Part shown: positions 52,701 through 64,000 of the stretch, piece by piece | How the letters are laid out: the number at the start of each line of letters is the position of its first letter | How positions within the stretch are numbered: the first letter of the stretch is position 1 | Source of the DNA: Eledone cirrhosa | Lineage: Eukaryota | DNA length: 64,000 nt | Assembly (NCBI GenBank): GCA_964016885.1 | Contig: OZ024753.1 | Span: forward strand, 44,454,001 to 44,518,000 | Reading direction: 5' to 3' | Program-made: the position numbers and the translations under genes | The notes under the pieces: model-generated | What the model was told of the DNA's origin: nothing | The model's database searches: none | Seen by the model: only the letters and a program-made list of their open reading frames with translations

Positions 52701-52811
52701 ACCACATGCCCGTAGTATCGGAGCTGTGATCTCTCAATTTGGAGAAGTAGCAGCTCTACCTGGAGTGACTCTCTCATCTCTCAGCTATAAATCTGTTCAG
52801 GTATTCTTTTC
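49609..52811. repeat. 123-bp satellite, 26 near-identical copies, derived from the RTE ORF
   Basis: GAGACATTC recurs every 123 bp from 49615 to 52690. Confidence 0.97.
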
Positions 52812-53345
52812 GGTAAGGATGAACGTCAAAGTTAACCGTGATTGGTTCAAACTCAGAACATAAAGGACCATAACTCTATGCTGCAAAGCATGGTGTCTAC
52901 CGATACTGCCAAACTACCGCCCTAATAATAATAATAATAATAATACAATTAATAATAATTGTTTCTATTTTTGGCACAAGGCCAGCAATTATCCCAGTAC
53001 ATTACTGGTACTTTCATTTTATCGACCCCCGTAAGTATGAAAGGCAAAGTGAACCTCGGCGGGATTTGAACTCAGACTAGAAAGGGACGTAACTGTATGC
53101 TGCGAAGCATGGTGTCCAATCTTCTACCAATATTGCCAATCCACCAATAAAATTAATAATAATTGTTTCTACTTTAGGCACGAGGCCAGCAATTACCCAG
53201 TGCATTACTGGTACTTTATTTTATCGACCCCGTAAGGATGAAAGGCAAAGTCAACCTCGGCGGGATTTGAACTCAGATCGTAAAGGGACGTAACTATGCT
53301 GGAAAGCATGGCGTTCGACCCTCCACCGATACTGCCAATCCACCG
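52812..53345 (-). mobile_element. three consecutive family A SINEs in the same orientation
   Basis: 52812-52920 (3' truncated), about 52950-53148 and about 53154-53345, separated by AAT-rich linkers. Confidence 0.85.
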
Positions 53346-54863
53346 TAATAATAATAAAACCTGTGTTAAGCAATAACAACAACCACAGCAACAATGGTAT
53401 AGGTTTATCAACTGTCCTAATTGTGGTCAATAGCACAAACAGAAGAAACTTGACCTGTATCAAAATTAAAATGTCTCAAGTATAGAAAGCTAGGTTACTT
53501 TGTTAAACGTCAGCGAAGGTCTATATACATCAATTAAGTGTCCTATGAAGATAGCAATGACTCCATGTTTAATGTCAACAATATAGATCTTAATAAAAGA
53601 TATCTAATGTTAATTCAATGATATTTTAATATGAAAGAAGATAGAGTGCAGCGTATCTTGTTCAGCTCTTATATATTCCTTTATAGGTAACATTAACTCA
53701 CTATTAACTCTTTTGTGTCAATATTTATATGATTTGCATCATAGAGCTACATCCCTTTATATTCTGTGTTCAAATCCCACTGAGGTTAACTTTTCCTTTC
53801 ATCCTTACAGGGTTGATAAAATAAAGTACCAGTAATGTACTGGTATGGATTCCCCCTCTATATCTCTTTCTCACTTCCATTCTTTCACTCTGTCTATCCT
53901 CCTCTAGAAGAAATCTGCTGTATTCAGACTTGGAAAGAGATGGGCTCTGCCAGTAGTAGACAAAACCCTGACCTGACGATTCCAGTCATGACCATCCAGT
54001 CTTTTTTAGATGTAGTATATTCAGAACGCCATTTAACCAATGTATTTATTTTTTAACTCTTAACATCCTGTACTGCATCAAACCACATTAGAAAGTCATT
54101 CTTGAAAAGTAACAAACACAACTCTGACTAGATTATATTAAAACCTAAAGCCTTTATCCTCAAACTACAAATGTTTACAATGATCTGTGCAATAGTAAAG
54201 ATATTATAAACATTTGAGTTAACAGACACCAATTTTATAAATTTTCTGTAGAATTATTACAGGATGTTAAAAGCTAAATAGTAAGGTGTTATTTTATTTC
54301 AGAGAAATATAACTACTATTTCTAGCAGATCAAATAACTATACATAGACTTCCCTTATTGTACCAGTTGGTTGATTAAAAGGTATGATGTAATAGGATAT
54401 AACTTGCAGCATGTTTAATGATTAGCTCAGGAATAAATAAATAAAAAAGTGGGGAAAAACAACTACTGATGATTGAGAAGAGAAAAGCTTTGTGGTAGGC
54501 AGGATTAATTGAGTATAACACTGATGGTAGCTCATGCATAGTACCTCTGAGGATGGCACAAGCAAATCATCACAAGTTATTTCCCATAAACACAATAATC
54601 AAACCACCAAGTAATGCTTCCTCTCTTTCAGACCTTTTGATATTGAAGTAATCTTATTATAATACGTTGGTTGTTGGTTTTACAGCAGTGAATTGGTAGA
54701 ATCATTAATGAACAACACAAAAGGTTTTACGTTTTTCTATGTTCTAAGTTTAAATCCTTCCACAGTCATGTTTGTCTTTCTTCCTTTTGGATCAATAAAA
54801 TAATGTACCAGTCATGTACTGCGGTTGATGTAATTATTTTATCACTCCCCAAAATGTATACTT

Positions 54864-55439
54864 GTGTTGCCACACAGTAGCTCTGGAATGTTGCCTCCCA
54901 GTAGCTTTGAAATGTTGCTACACAGTTGCTTCAAAATGTTGCCACTCATTAGGTTTGAAATGTTGCTACACTGTAGCTTTGAAATGTTGCTACACTGTAG
55001 CTTTGAAATGTTGCTACACAGTTGCTTCAAAATGTTGCCACTCATTAGGTTTGAAATGTTGCCTCACAGTAGCTTTGAAATGTTGCCACTCAGTGGCTTT
55101 GAAATGTTGCTACACTGTAGCTTTGAAATGTTACTACTCAGTTGCTTTGAAATGTTGCTTCTCAGTAGCTTTGAAATGTTCCTACTCTGTAGTTTTGAAA
55201 TGTTGATACTCAGTTGCTTCAAGATGTGGCCACTCAGTAACTTTGAAATGTTGCTACTCAGTAGCTTTGAAATGTTGCCACGCATTAGGTTTGAAATGTT
55301 GCTACACAGTAGCTTTGAAATGTTGCTACACACTTGCTTTAAAATATTGCCTCTCAGTTGCTTTGAAATATTGCCTCTTGGCAGCTTTAAGAGGTTGCCG
55401 CTCAGTAACTTTGAAATATTGCTGCTCAGTACCTTTGAA
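54864..55439. repeat. diverged 24-bp minisatellite, about 24 copies (TTTGAAATGTTGCYACWCAGTWGC)
   Basis: direct reading. Confidence 0.9.
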
Positions 55440-56084
55440 TATAAAATATTTTTTTCTCAAAGCATCAAACATTTCATTCAATGGTTGGTAAAAATGTCAG
55501 AGGGAGCATTGGTACCAACGAAAAAGTCAGGACATTGTGTGTGAGTGGATGTATGTGTGCACATGTGTATGCATTTATGTATTTAGGAATTTCAAGGTTG
55601 GTAAAAAAAAAAGAGCCACTAATTCTTGATGGTAGGAGTAGCTAAAGTGTTATATAGTGACACTTTGAAGATGCTGGTTTATGTATTTGTCAGTTTTTTT
55701 TATCTATTTATCTATTTATTAACTGCTCTTTGCTTCCCTTGTCGGCCATTTCTCATTGAAATGGCTTTGAAATTATATTTCTTATAACATTTAGAGGTTA
55801 TATATTATAATGTTTTCACCTTCTAGCTACACATTGTCATTTTCATTATATCATTTACAATCTAATTTTCTGATGCACCAGTTTGAAAAGCAATTGAATT
55901 AGAATATATTTTCAACGATACACAGTGAATGTGTATGTAAAGATATCACTTCCGCGTCTTAATATTATTTGTCATAATGCAGAGGTTAAATAGCTTTAGT
56001 AACGGGTTACTGAGAAATTTGATATTAGCACACACTCTCACACAGACACACACATATACACACTCATGTATGTATATATATATA

Positions 56085-56552
56085 TAATGTATATGCATAT
56101 ATATATACATATATTTATCTGTTTGTATATATTTGCATATATATATATACATATATATATATATAATATATATGCATATTTATATACATATATGTATCTG
56201 TTTGTATATATTTGCATATATATATATATATATACATACATATATATATATACATAATATATATGCATATCTATATACATATATGTATCTGTTTGTATAT
56301 ATTTGCGTATATATCTATATATACATATATATATACATAATATATATGCATATCTATATACATATATGTATCTGTTTGTATATATTTGTGTATATATATA
56401 TATACATATATATATACATAATATATATGCATATCTATATACATATATGTATCTGTTTGTATATATTTGTGTATATATATATATATACATATATATATAT
56501 ACATAATATATATGCATATCTATATACATATATGTATCTGTTTGTATATATT

Positions 56553-56595
<43 letters not shown>

Positions 56596-56700
56596 TGCAT
56601 ATCTATATACATATATGTATCTGTTTGTATATATTTGCATATATATATATATATATGCATATCTATATACATATATGTATCTGTTTGTATATATTTGTGT
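56085..56700. repeat. compound minisatellite of about 60-80 bp (ATGCATATCTATATACATATATGTATCTGTTTGTATATATTTG plus TA run)
   Basis: ATCTGTTTGTATATATTTG recurs about 8 times. Confidence 0.85.
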
Positions 56701-57084
56701 ATATATATATATATATATAAATGTGTGTGTGTATGTATATATTTATAGGTATAGATATGTGTGTGTCTATGTAATTCATGTAAAAATGCAAATACCGGTA
56801 ATATATCCCTAATATCTGTATTATATTAGGTCTATGTGCAGCATGTATGTAAATGATAGGAGGAATACGTGCATATCTGTAAGAAACTGAAAGGTTGAAC
56901 AAATAGAATTACAGCAAAGATGTCTGGGTAGGAATAAAGAAGTGGAAAACTGTATTTACTAGAAAATTCAATTTACTCATCTCAACAAAAGGGATGTACA
57001 GCTGTATGACAAAATTATGTATAAACCTATCCTTTGTGACCATCATTACGAGTTCCATATTTTCTATCACTGGCAGCCATTTCC

Positions 57085-57408
57085 TTCATTTTTCGTCCGC
57101 TTTTTCCCTGCTTGCAAGGGTGGGACGGGAACTGATTCTGGCTTGATTTCTACAGCTGGATGCCCTTCCTAACACCAACCTCATTTACAGTGAGTGCTGG
57201 GTGCTTTTTTTCCATGGCACCTCCACGACCACTTTGCAGTGAAATGATAGGGACACCAGTCCCTATCATCTCATTTCTACAGCTGAGTAAACTGGAGCAA
57301 TGTGAAATAAAGTGTCTTGCTCAAGGAAACAACACATCACCCGGTCTGAGAATTGAACTCACAACCTTTCGATTGCAAGGCCAATGCTCTAACCACTAAG
57401 CCATGTGC
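57085..57408 (-). mobile_element. family B CORE-like SINE with RTE tail
   Basis: near-identical to the 3359 and 10756 copies. Confidence 0.85.
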
Positions 57409-57560
57409 CCCCATATATTAGGTATAGGATTATCCTAGATGTAGTAATGGTTAATTACTACACTGGATATGGTTGACGTACGGTGAGAGGTTACTCAACG
57501 AGTTATGGAAGAATTGTTGAAGAAACTTAGTTCCTGATCCTTCTGTATTCCGGAGTGTAG

Positions 57561-57781
57561 ATAAAGAATGAATAATAACAGGTAGACATCATAAAAAGGT
57601 AATTTATTCCGTGTGCTTACAAATGTTTCCTGAGGATACAGCATTTGATATTTGAGTTCTGCAAATAGTTGTAAATTTGCACATAGCATAACTAGGCTGT
57701 ACTACCACCGTGGAAACATTTGTAAGCACACGGAATAAATTACCTTTTTATGATGTCTACCTGTTATTATTCATTCTTTAT
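57561..57781. repeat. perfect 70-bp inverted repeat with 81-bp spacer
   Basis: 57561-57630 is the exact reverse complement of 57712-57781. Confidence 0.95.
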
Positions 57782-58090
57782 ATATGTATATATATATATG
57801 TGCGTATATATATATGTGTATATATATATATATATGTGTATATATATATATATATATGTGTATATATATATATATATATTGTTATACTTTGGGAGGGTCA
57901 TGTTGCCAATAAGAAACACACGCACCAGTTGCTTTCACAAATTCAGAAACGAAATATATATATATATATATGTGTATATATATGTATATACATATATATA
58001 TATATGTGTATATATATATATATGTGTATACATATATATATATATATATATATATGTGTAAAAATATATATATATATTTTTTTTTTTTAG

Positions 58091-58307
58091 GAACGATCGA
58101 TTTTCGTCAAATCGGACCGAGGAAACAATGTTTCCATTGGTCTTTCCAGTTGCTAATACTATCTATTGGTCACAACTCTAGGTAGAAGGAGCAATGTGAA
58201 ATAAAGTGTCTTGCTCAAGGACATAACGCATCGCCTGGTCTGTGATTCGAACTCACAACCTTACAATTGCGAATCCAATTCTCTAACCACTCAGCCACAC
58301 GCCTTCA
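58091..58307 (-). mobile_element. full-length family B SINE with stem-loop tail
   Basis: head GAAGGCGTGTGGCTGAGTGGTTAGAG, B box GAGTTCGAATC, CORE and tail. Confidence 0.85.
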
Positions 58308-58312
58308 TATAT

Positions 58313-58404
<92 letters not shown>

Positions 58405-58586
58405 TTATATGTGTGTGTGTGTGAAGATAAAGAAAGAGAAAGAGATGCAATTTCATACCTAATTTGAATCTAATACCACATGATACATAATTTCTCATAG
58501 CTGACATATCAGCAGCAGTATGTGACACATATACAGACAGAAATTGTGTTATATACACACACATGTATATAAATGTATATATATAC

Positions 58587-58668
<82 letters not shown>

Positions 58669-58989
58669 TATCATATCATATATATATGCATGCATAATGC
58701 ATATATGATACATACATATATATTATATATATATATGTGCGCTTATATATATAGATATAGATAGATTTTTTTTTTTTCAGTTGTTTGACTGATTATGATA
58801 AATTCTCCCCAGTATGATTGCTAATATTTAATACCTTAAGAGAACATTTGCATAAATGAATATTAAATAGTAATGACACACTTACAGAGTAAAAGAAATT
58901 GCTACTGCTACTGCTGTTCATTGCGATTGTTTGGTATTTTTTTCTCTATTTTTATTTATATATTTATATATATATATATCTGTGTATAC

Positions 58990-59068
<79 letters not shown>

Positions 59069-59305
59069 ATACATTATTTTTTTCATTTACTATTTACAGT
59101 CAATCAGATATGGAAAGCTAGAAATGTTAATTTTGTTAAGAGAGTATCAGATCTCTTTGAGGAATAAGTATTACATTCTGATGTAGTTGATACCATTTAA
59201 CTCTTTTGATAATCAACCAGGCCAAAAACTGACACGTTGACTTCTTGAGCAAGATACTTCATTTCACTTTGATTTTCATAATATGACTGAGAACCTTATC
59301 ATTAA

Positions 59306-59779
59306 CCCTTTATCATTTACATTACTCTATATACAAGGACCTTGTTTCAGGGGGCGTCAGGGACAAGTCCCTCTCACTTTTTCAAACGTCTTTGTTTTAT
59401 TTTTTGCTTATTTGATATAATAAATTCTTTTTAAACTTATTTTTTTATATCTAAACTTCATTTGAATATATACAATTTAATTAGCATAAAATTTTACTTG
59501 TGATAGGGTCTGGGAAAGGCACTTAAAGCAATTTATGCTCCTTTAAGAATCAACAAATGTTGGTTTGTCCCCCTCACATTTTTAAGGTAAATGAGGCCCC
59601 TGTCTATATATACTATCATATTTTCATTATCTCACATAATATCAAATCTATGAGATTTTAATATTATTTATTTTGAGAACAATACCTTAACATCACTATG
59701 AATGGCTAGTTATGACCGGTTTGAACAGAAAGCAGCGAGAGAATTCTGGCTGGATACGGCCAGTTTAAATGCTAAAGTG
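59306..59779 (+). mobile_element. piggyBac-like MITE with TTAA TSD, containing a nested hAT-like MITE
   Basis: TTAA at 59302-59305 and 59780-59783; TIRs as in the 38867 copy. Confidence 0.8.
59334..59602. mobile_element. hAT-like MITE
   Basis: 8-bp TSD TCTATATA (59326-59333 and 59603-59610); imperfect TIR CAAGGACCTTGTTT / AAATGAGGCCCCTG. Confidence 0.75.
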
Positions 59780-60125
59780 TTAACACACCTGAGAAATCTC
59801 CAAAAAAGTACAACCTACATAGATCTGAGCTGTAAATTTTATTTAATTTTTTGACATTCTTCTTTTCCGAATTTTATGAATTTCTTTTTAAATTGTAAAA
59901 GATTGTTTTATATTTTATAGAATTCAAAGTGTGAAAAATGTTTTTCATGTTTTTCCAGCCGAATTGACTGTTGTAAAAGAAAGGAAATTTATAACTTTTT
60001 TATGCTAACCCATCCAAAACTAGCTCCGGTTCTATGAAAAGAAGAAAGAAAAAGCACCAACTTTAAATGGTTCCTATTTAAATTGAAATCTTTCAACATA
60101 AATTAATGTAGGAACTATATGTTAA

Positions 60126-60583
60126 CCTTTTAGTATTTACATTACTCTATATTGTGAAGGCGCATGGGTTAGTGGTTAGAGCATTGGGCTTGCAATCGAA
60201 AGGTTGTGAGTTCGATTCTCGGACCAGGTGATGTGTTGTTTCCTTGTGTAAGACACTTTATTTCACGTTGCTCCAGTTTACTCAGCTGTAGAAATGAGAT
60301 GATAGGACTGGGGTCCCTATCATTAAAACACCCAAGAAACCTCCAACAAGATATACCTTGGAGGAGGCCAGCTAAACCTGCGTAGGTGTGAGCTGTAACA
60401 ACATATTTACTATTGTATTTTCACAGTAAAGGCTTTACCTCACATACCAAAGTTACGAGATATTGATGATATTATTTTGAGAACAATACCTTAAAGTCAG
60501 TATGAGCGGCCAGTAATGACCAGTTTTAACAGAAAGGGGTGGGAGAATTCTGGCCGAGTATGACCAGTTTAAATGCTAAACTG
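60126..60583 (+). mobile_element. piggyBac-like MITE containing a nested family B SINE (about 60153-60402)
   Basis: MITE halves match the 38867 copy; the SINE has intact A/B boxes and CORE. Confidence 0.8.
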
Positions 60584-60792
60584 TTACGTTACTATCTTAG
60601 TAATAAAATAATTAATAATTTTAGTAAATCTTTCAATTTTGTTAATTAATTTATAGAAATAGTTTGTATTTCATTAGAAATAATCACATCATCATCATCA
60701 TCATTTAACGTCTATCTTCCATGCTAGCATGGTGTTAATCTTCCACGCTAGCAACAGTGTTAATTAAAAGATATAGTGCGTCAGTGTTATAA

Positions 60793-61090
60793 AATAATTG
60801 TTTCTACTTTGGGAACAAGGCCAGCAATAACCCAGTGTATTACTGGTACTTTATTTTATTGACCCCGTAAGGATGAAAGACAAAGTTAACCTCAGTGTAA
60901 TAAAATAATAATTGTTTCTACTTTTGGCACAAGGCCAGCAATTATCCCAGTGTATTACTGGTACTTTATTTTACCAACCCCGTAAGGATGAATGGCAAAG
61001 TTAACCTCGGCGGGATTTGAACTCAGACCATAAAGGGCCGTAACTCTTTGCTGCAAAGCATGGCATCCGACCCTCTACCGATGCTGCCAT
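60793..61090 (-). mobile_element. two tandem family A SINE copies
   Basis: 60793-60895 partial; 60905-61090 near full length. Confidence 0.8.
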
Positions 61091-61278
61091 AAAATAATAA
61101 TATACTTTCTTATCCATGCCAATTCTATTCACTGTTGAATCATTCCACTTAAACTAAATCTTATATCTGCAATTTTCTGAGAACAACCAGTATCTTAAAG
61201 ACAGACTGTATTTGCCTCAGTGGGTTGGTTTATTGCCAAATGCTCTTGTTTAAGATAAAGTAAGACTTCGTTACTTAC

Positions 61279-61339
61279 CTGACTAAACCATATTAAATGC
61301 TTCGTGGAATATATTTGTTTCCTATTTGAGGGCCAGCTT
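61279..61339 (-). CDS. candidate 61-nt exon, coding or 5' UTR (open frame SWPSNRKQIYSTKHLIWFSQ)
   Basis: branch-like TATTAAC, acceptor TTTTCCCTACTTTCATCGTTGCTTTAG|, consensus donor CAG|GTAAGT. Confidence 0.35.
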
Positions 61340-61404
61340 CTAAAGCAACGATGAAAGTAGGGAAAATATGAAACTGTTAATAATATGGCAGTATCAAAGG
61401 ATGT

Positions 61405-61937
<533 letters not shown>

Positions 61938-62081
61938 AGGTAATTCTGAAGGAAAAGCAAAGGAAAAAAGAGTGCTCTATGTATAGAACACTTTCTAATA
62001 TATATATATATATATATAAAATATTAAAAAAATAATGAATAAAACAATGAAACAGTTCCTTATATTAAACAAAAAAAGTTC

Positions 62082-62229
62082 ATTATTTAACGATCGTTTC
62101 TAGGATATATATGTGTTAGAATTGGCATGCATATTCAACAGATCTATGTACAAAATTATACAAAATTATACAAACTATCAAAATTAAATATACATACCAA
62201 CACATATATATGCCGTCTTCAGAAATAAT
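62082..62229 (-). ncRNA. type-I hammerhead ribozyme with a 115-nt stem II domain
   Basis: AUUAUUU-CUGAAGA-[AUAUAUAUGUGUUGG ... CUAACACAUAUAUAU]-GAAA-CGAUCG-UU-AAAUAAU. Confidence 0.7.
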
Positions 62230-62380
62230 TTTTTTTAATATTTTATCTTGACTCTGTATTCCGTTTATCTTTCACCGAAAGTGATATTTCATTGCATCTC
62301 TTCTTTCCATGATATCCGGATTACATTGAGTTCTTCATACGGATTGGACACTACCGTAAACTCTTGGTAGATTTATCTAC

Positions 62381-62418
<38 letters not shown>

Positions 62419-62519
62419 ATGTATGTATGCTTGTGTATCTATGTGTGTATGTATGTATGTGGTGTATATATATATATATATATACACATATATATTTATA
62501 CCTTTATTATATGTGCATA

Positions 62520-62700
62520 TAAAAATGACTTCTACAGGACTAGAACTGTTTCATTCATATGAAATCATATGAATGAAACAGCTCTAGACCTGTAGAAGTT
62601 ATTTCTATATAATAATACAGATGTTATTTCTATATAATAATACCAATGTATTGAGTACCTTTATTAACTGTAGTTGTCCCCTGGCACAACTCGGTAACCT
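62520..62700. mobile_element. family E element with a ~40-bp-arm palindrome (62523-62604)
   Basis: arms separated by AA with about 3 mismatches; carries GAAACAG(U/C)UCUAG(U/A)C and GTATTGAGTAC. Confidence 0.7.
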
Positions 62701-62788
62701 ACACACATACACATATATATATGTTTATATATGTGATTTAAAACTGCACTATTCACAAGTGTATTTTAACCTTCATATCATGTCTTCC

Positions 62789-62859
62789 TATTTTATCTGA
62801 CGAAAACACAAATGTTATTGCATGATGATATTTGTTTTTGAAATGCGCATAATAAAATA
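62789..62859 (+). ncRNA. canonical type-I hammerhead ribozyme (family F copy 2, element 62734-62891)
   Basis: UAUUUUAU-CUGACGA-stem II-GAAA-UGCGCA-UA-AUAAAAUA. Confidence 0.85.
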
Positions 62860-64000
62860 CATGGAACTCTTTTAACCATCTTTTGATCTTATATATATGT
62901 TTATATATATATATATATTTATATATATATCACCATCAGCAACATTTTTTTGTCCATTCTCTATATAACAAATGACATTTTCTTCCTTTTTTCACCTTAC
63001 TTCTTAACTCTACTTTGTTTCAAATCCTGTCAAGGTGAACTTTGCCTTTAATCCTTTTAAGGTCGATAAACAAGGAAGCTGTCCAATAATAGGAATTGGT
63101 TCTTTCCCGATTTCTCTTTCTCATTCTACCTCTTCTTTTTTTACCTCTTTCTGGAATAAATCAGATATTATCACTCCTGAAGAGAAATGAGTTTCACCAG
63201 GTTTAAATCTCCAAGACATAACGACATCCCTACAAATCAAGAAGAATTTCAGAATCCATTGGGTCCCTGCAATGCTGAGATAATCCTTACATTAATGTAC
63301 AGTCTAGTAGACATGAATATTTGGGGGCTACATACTCTGTTAAGGTATTCCTTCCATTAGTGTATGTTTGAGACAGTCAGCCTAGCAGACATGAATATTT
63401 GGGGACTACATATTCCCAAAGAAAGATTCATTTAAATGACAGACAATCAATTATTCAACAAACCTCTTAACTGCCTAATTTCATTTTCCATTTGGAATTT
63501 CTTCTGCTATGTCTTCTTCTGGGCAAGCTTTGAATGTCATGATGTCTAATTATCTCTCAATATTAATTTGAGGCTTTGCTTCTCTATAACAAATTACTTT
63601 ATCATTTGAAATGACAACAAAAAGCTCAGAGAAAAAAAAAACGCAATTGTTATAGTTGTTTTGTTTGTTTTAGTTGTTTTCTTTGCTTTAGTTATTTTGT
63701 TTGACTGGTTTAGCTATAAACAGCCAAGGCCATGGCAAAGCATTGACTTCTATGATTGTTTAAATGTTTCATTTTTCTGAAGTTTTTAGTCTTGGCACAT
63801 TGTTCGGGCGATTGCTTTCACAACCTGATAGCTGTTTTTACTGTTCATGTTTCTGTTGTTTTAGCCCTAAGTCATCAACCTTCGTTGAATAGCTACATGG
63901 TCAAAAGTATTCAAATTATAACTCAGATCATTTATTTAGTAAACTGGTTTGTTTAGTAAATGGGCATTTAGCTGTAAAAATTATTTCAAATAAAGAGCCG

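Noticed and set aside
60153-60225. tRNA genes at A/B-box sequences
   Set aside because: They run directly into SINE bodies and no full cloverleaf could be drawn

Overview
AT-rich, microsatellite-saturated eukaryotic DNA. The repeat repertoire (CORE-like and Nin/Deu-like tRNA SINEs, RTE and R4/Dong LINEs, Penelope-like fragments) best fits a mollusc, probably an octopod cephalopod; this is inference, not a database match. There is no intact long gene, and nearly all supplied ORFs are (TA)n/(CA)n or satellite artefacts. The window looks like intronic DNA of a minus-strand gene with very small exons (candidates 61279-61339, 14926-14943, 13081-13122, 742-782). The most notable structure is a set of short islands embedded in (TA)n tracts that fold into type-I hammerhead ribozymes. 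Some are canonical, some have a recurring CAGANGA (U4A) core, and some have giant stem II insertions. They often come with inverted terminal duplications and a shared downstream GAGYACTCT motif, like Penelope-like element termini. Also present are satellites born from TE parts (26 x 123 bp from an RTE ORF, ~10 x 76 bp from a SINE tail), a SINE-LINE 3' partner pair, (CATA)n-targeting R4/Dong LINEs and reciprocally nested MITE/SINE insertions. All folds and alignments were done by eye, and repeat boundaries are approximate.
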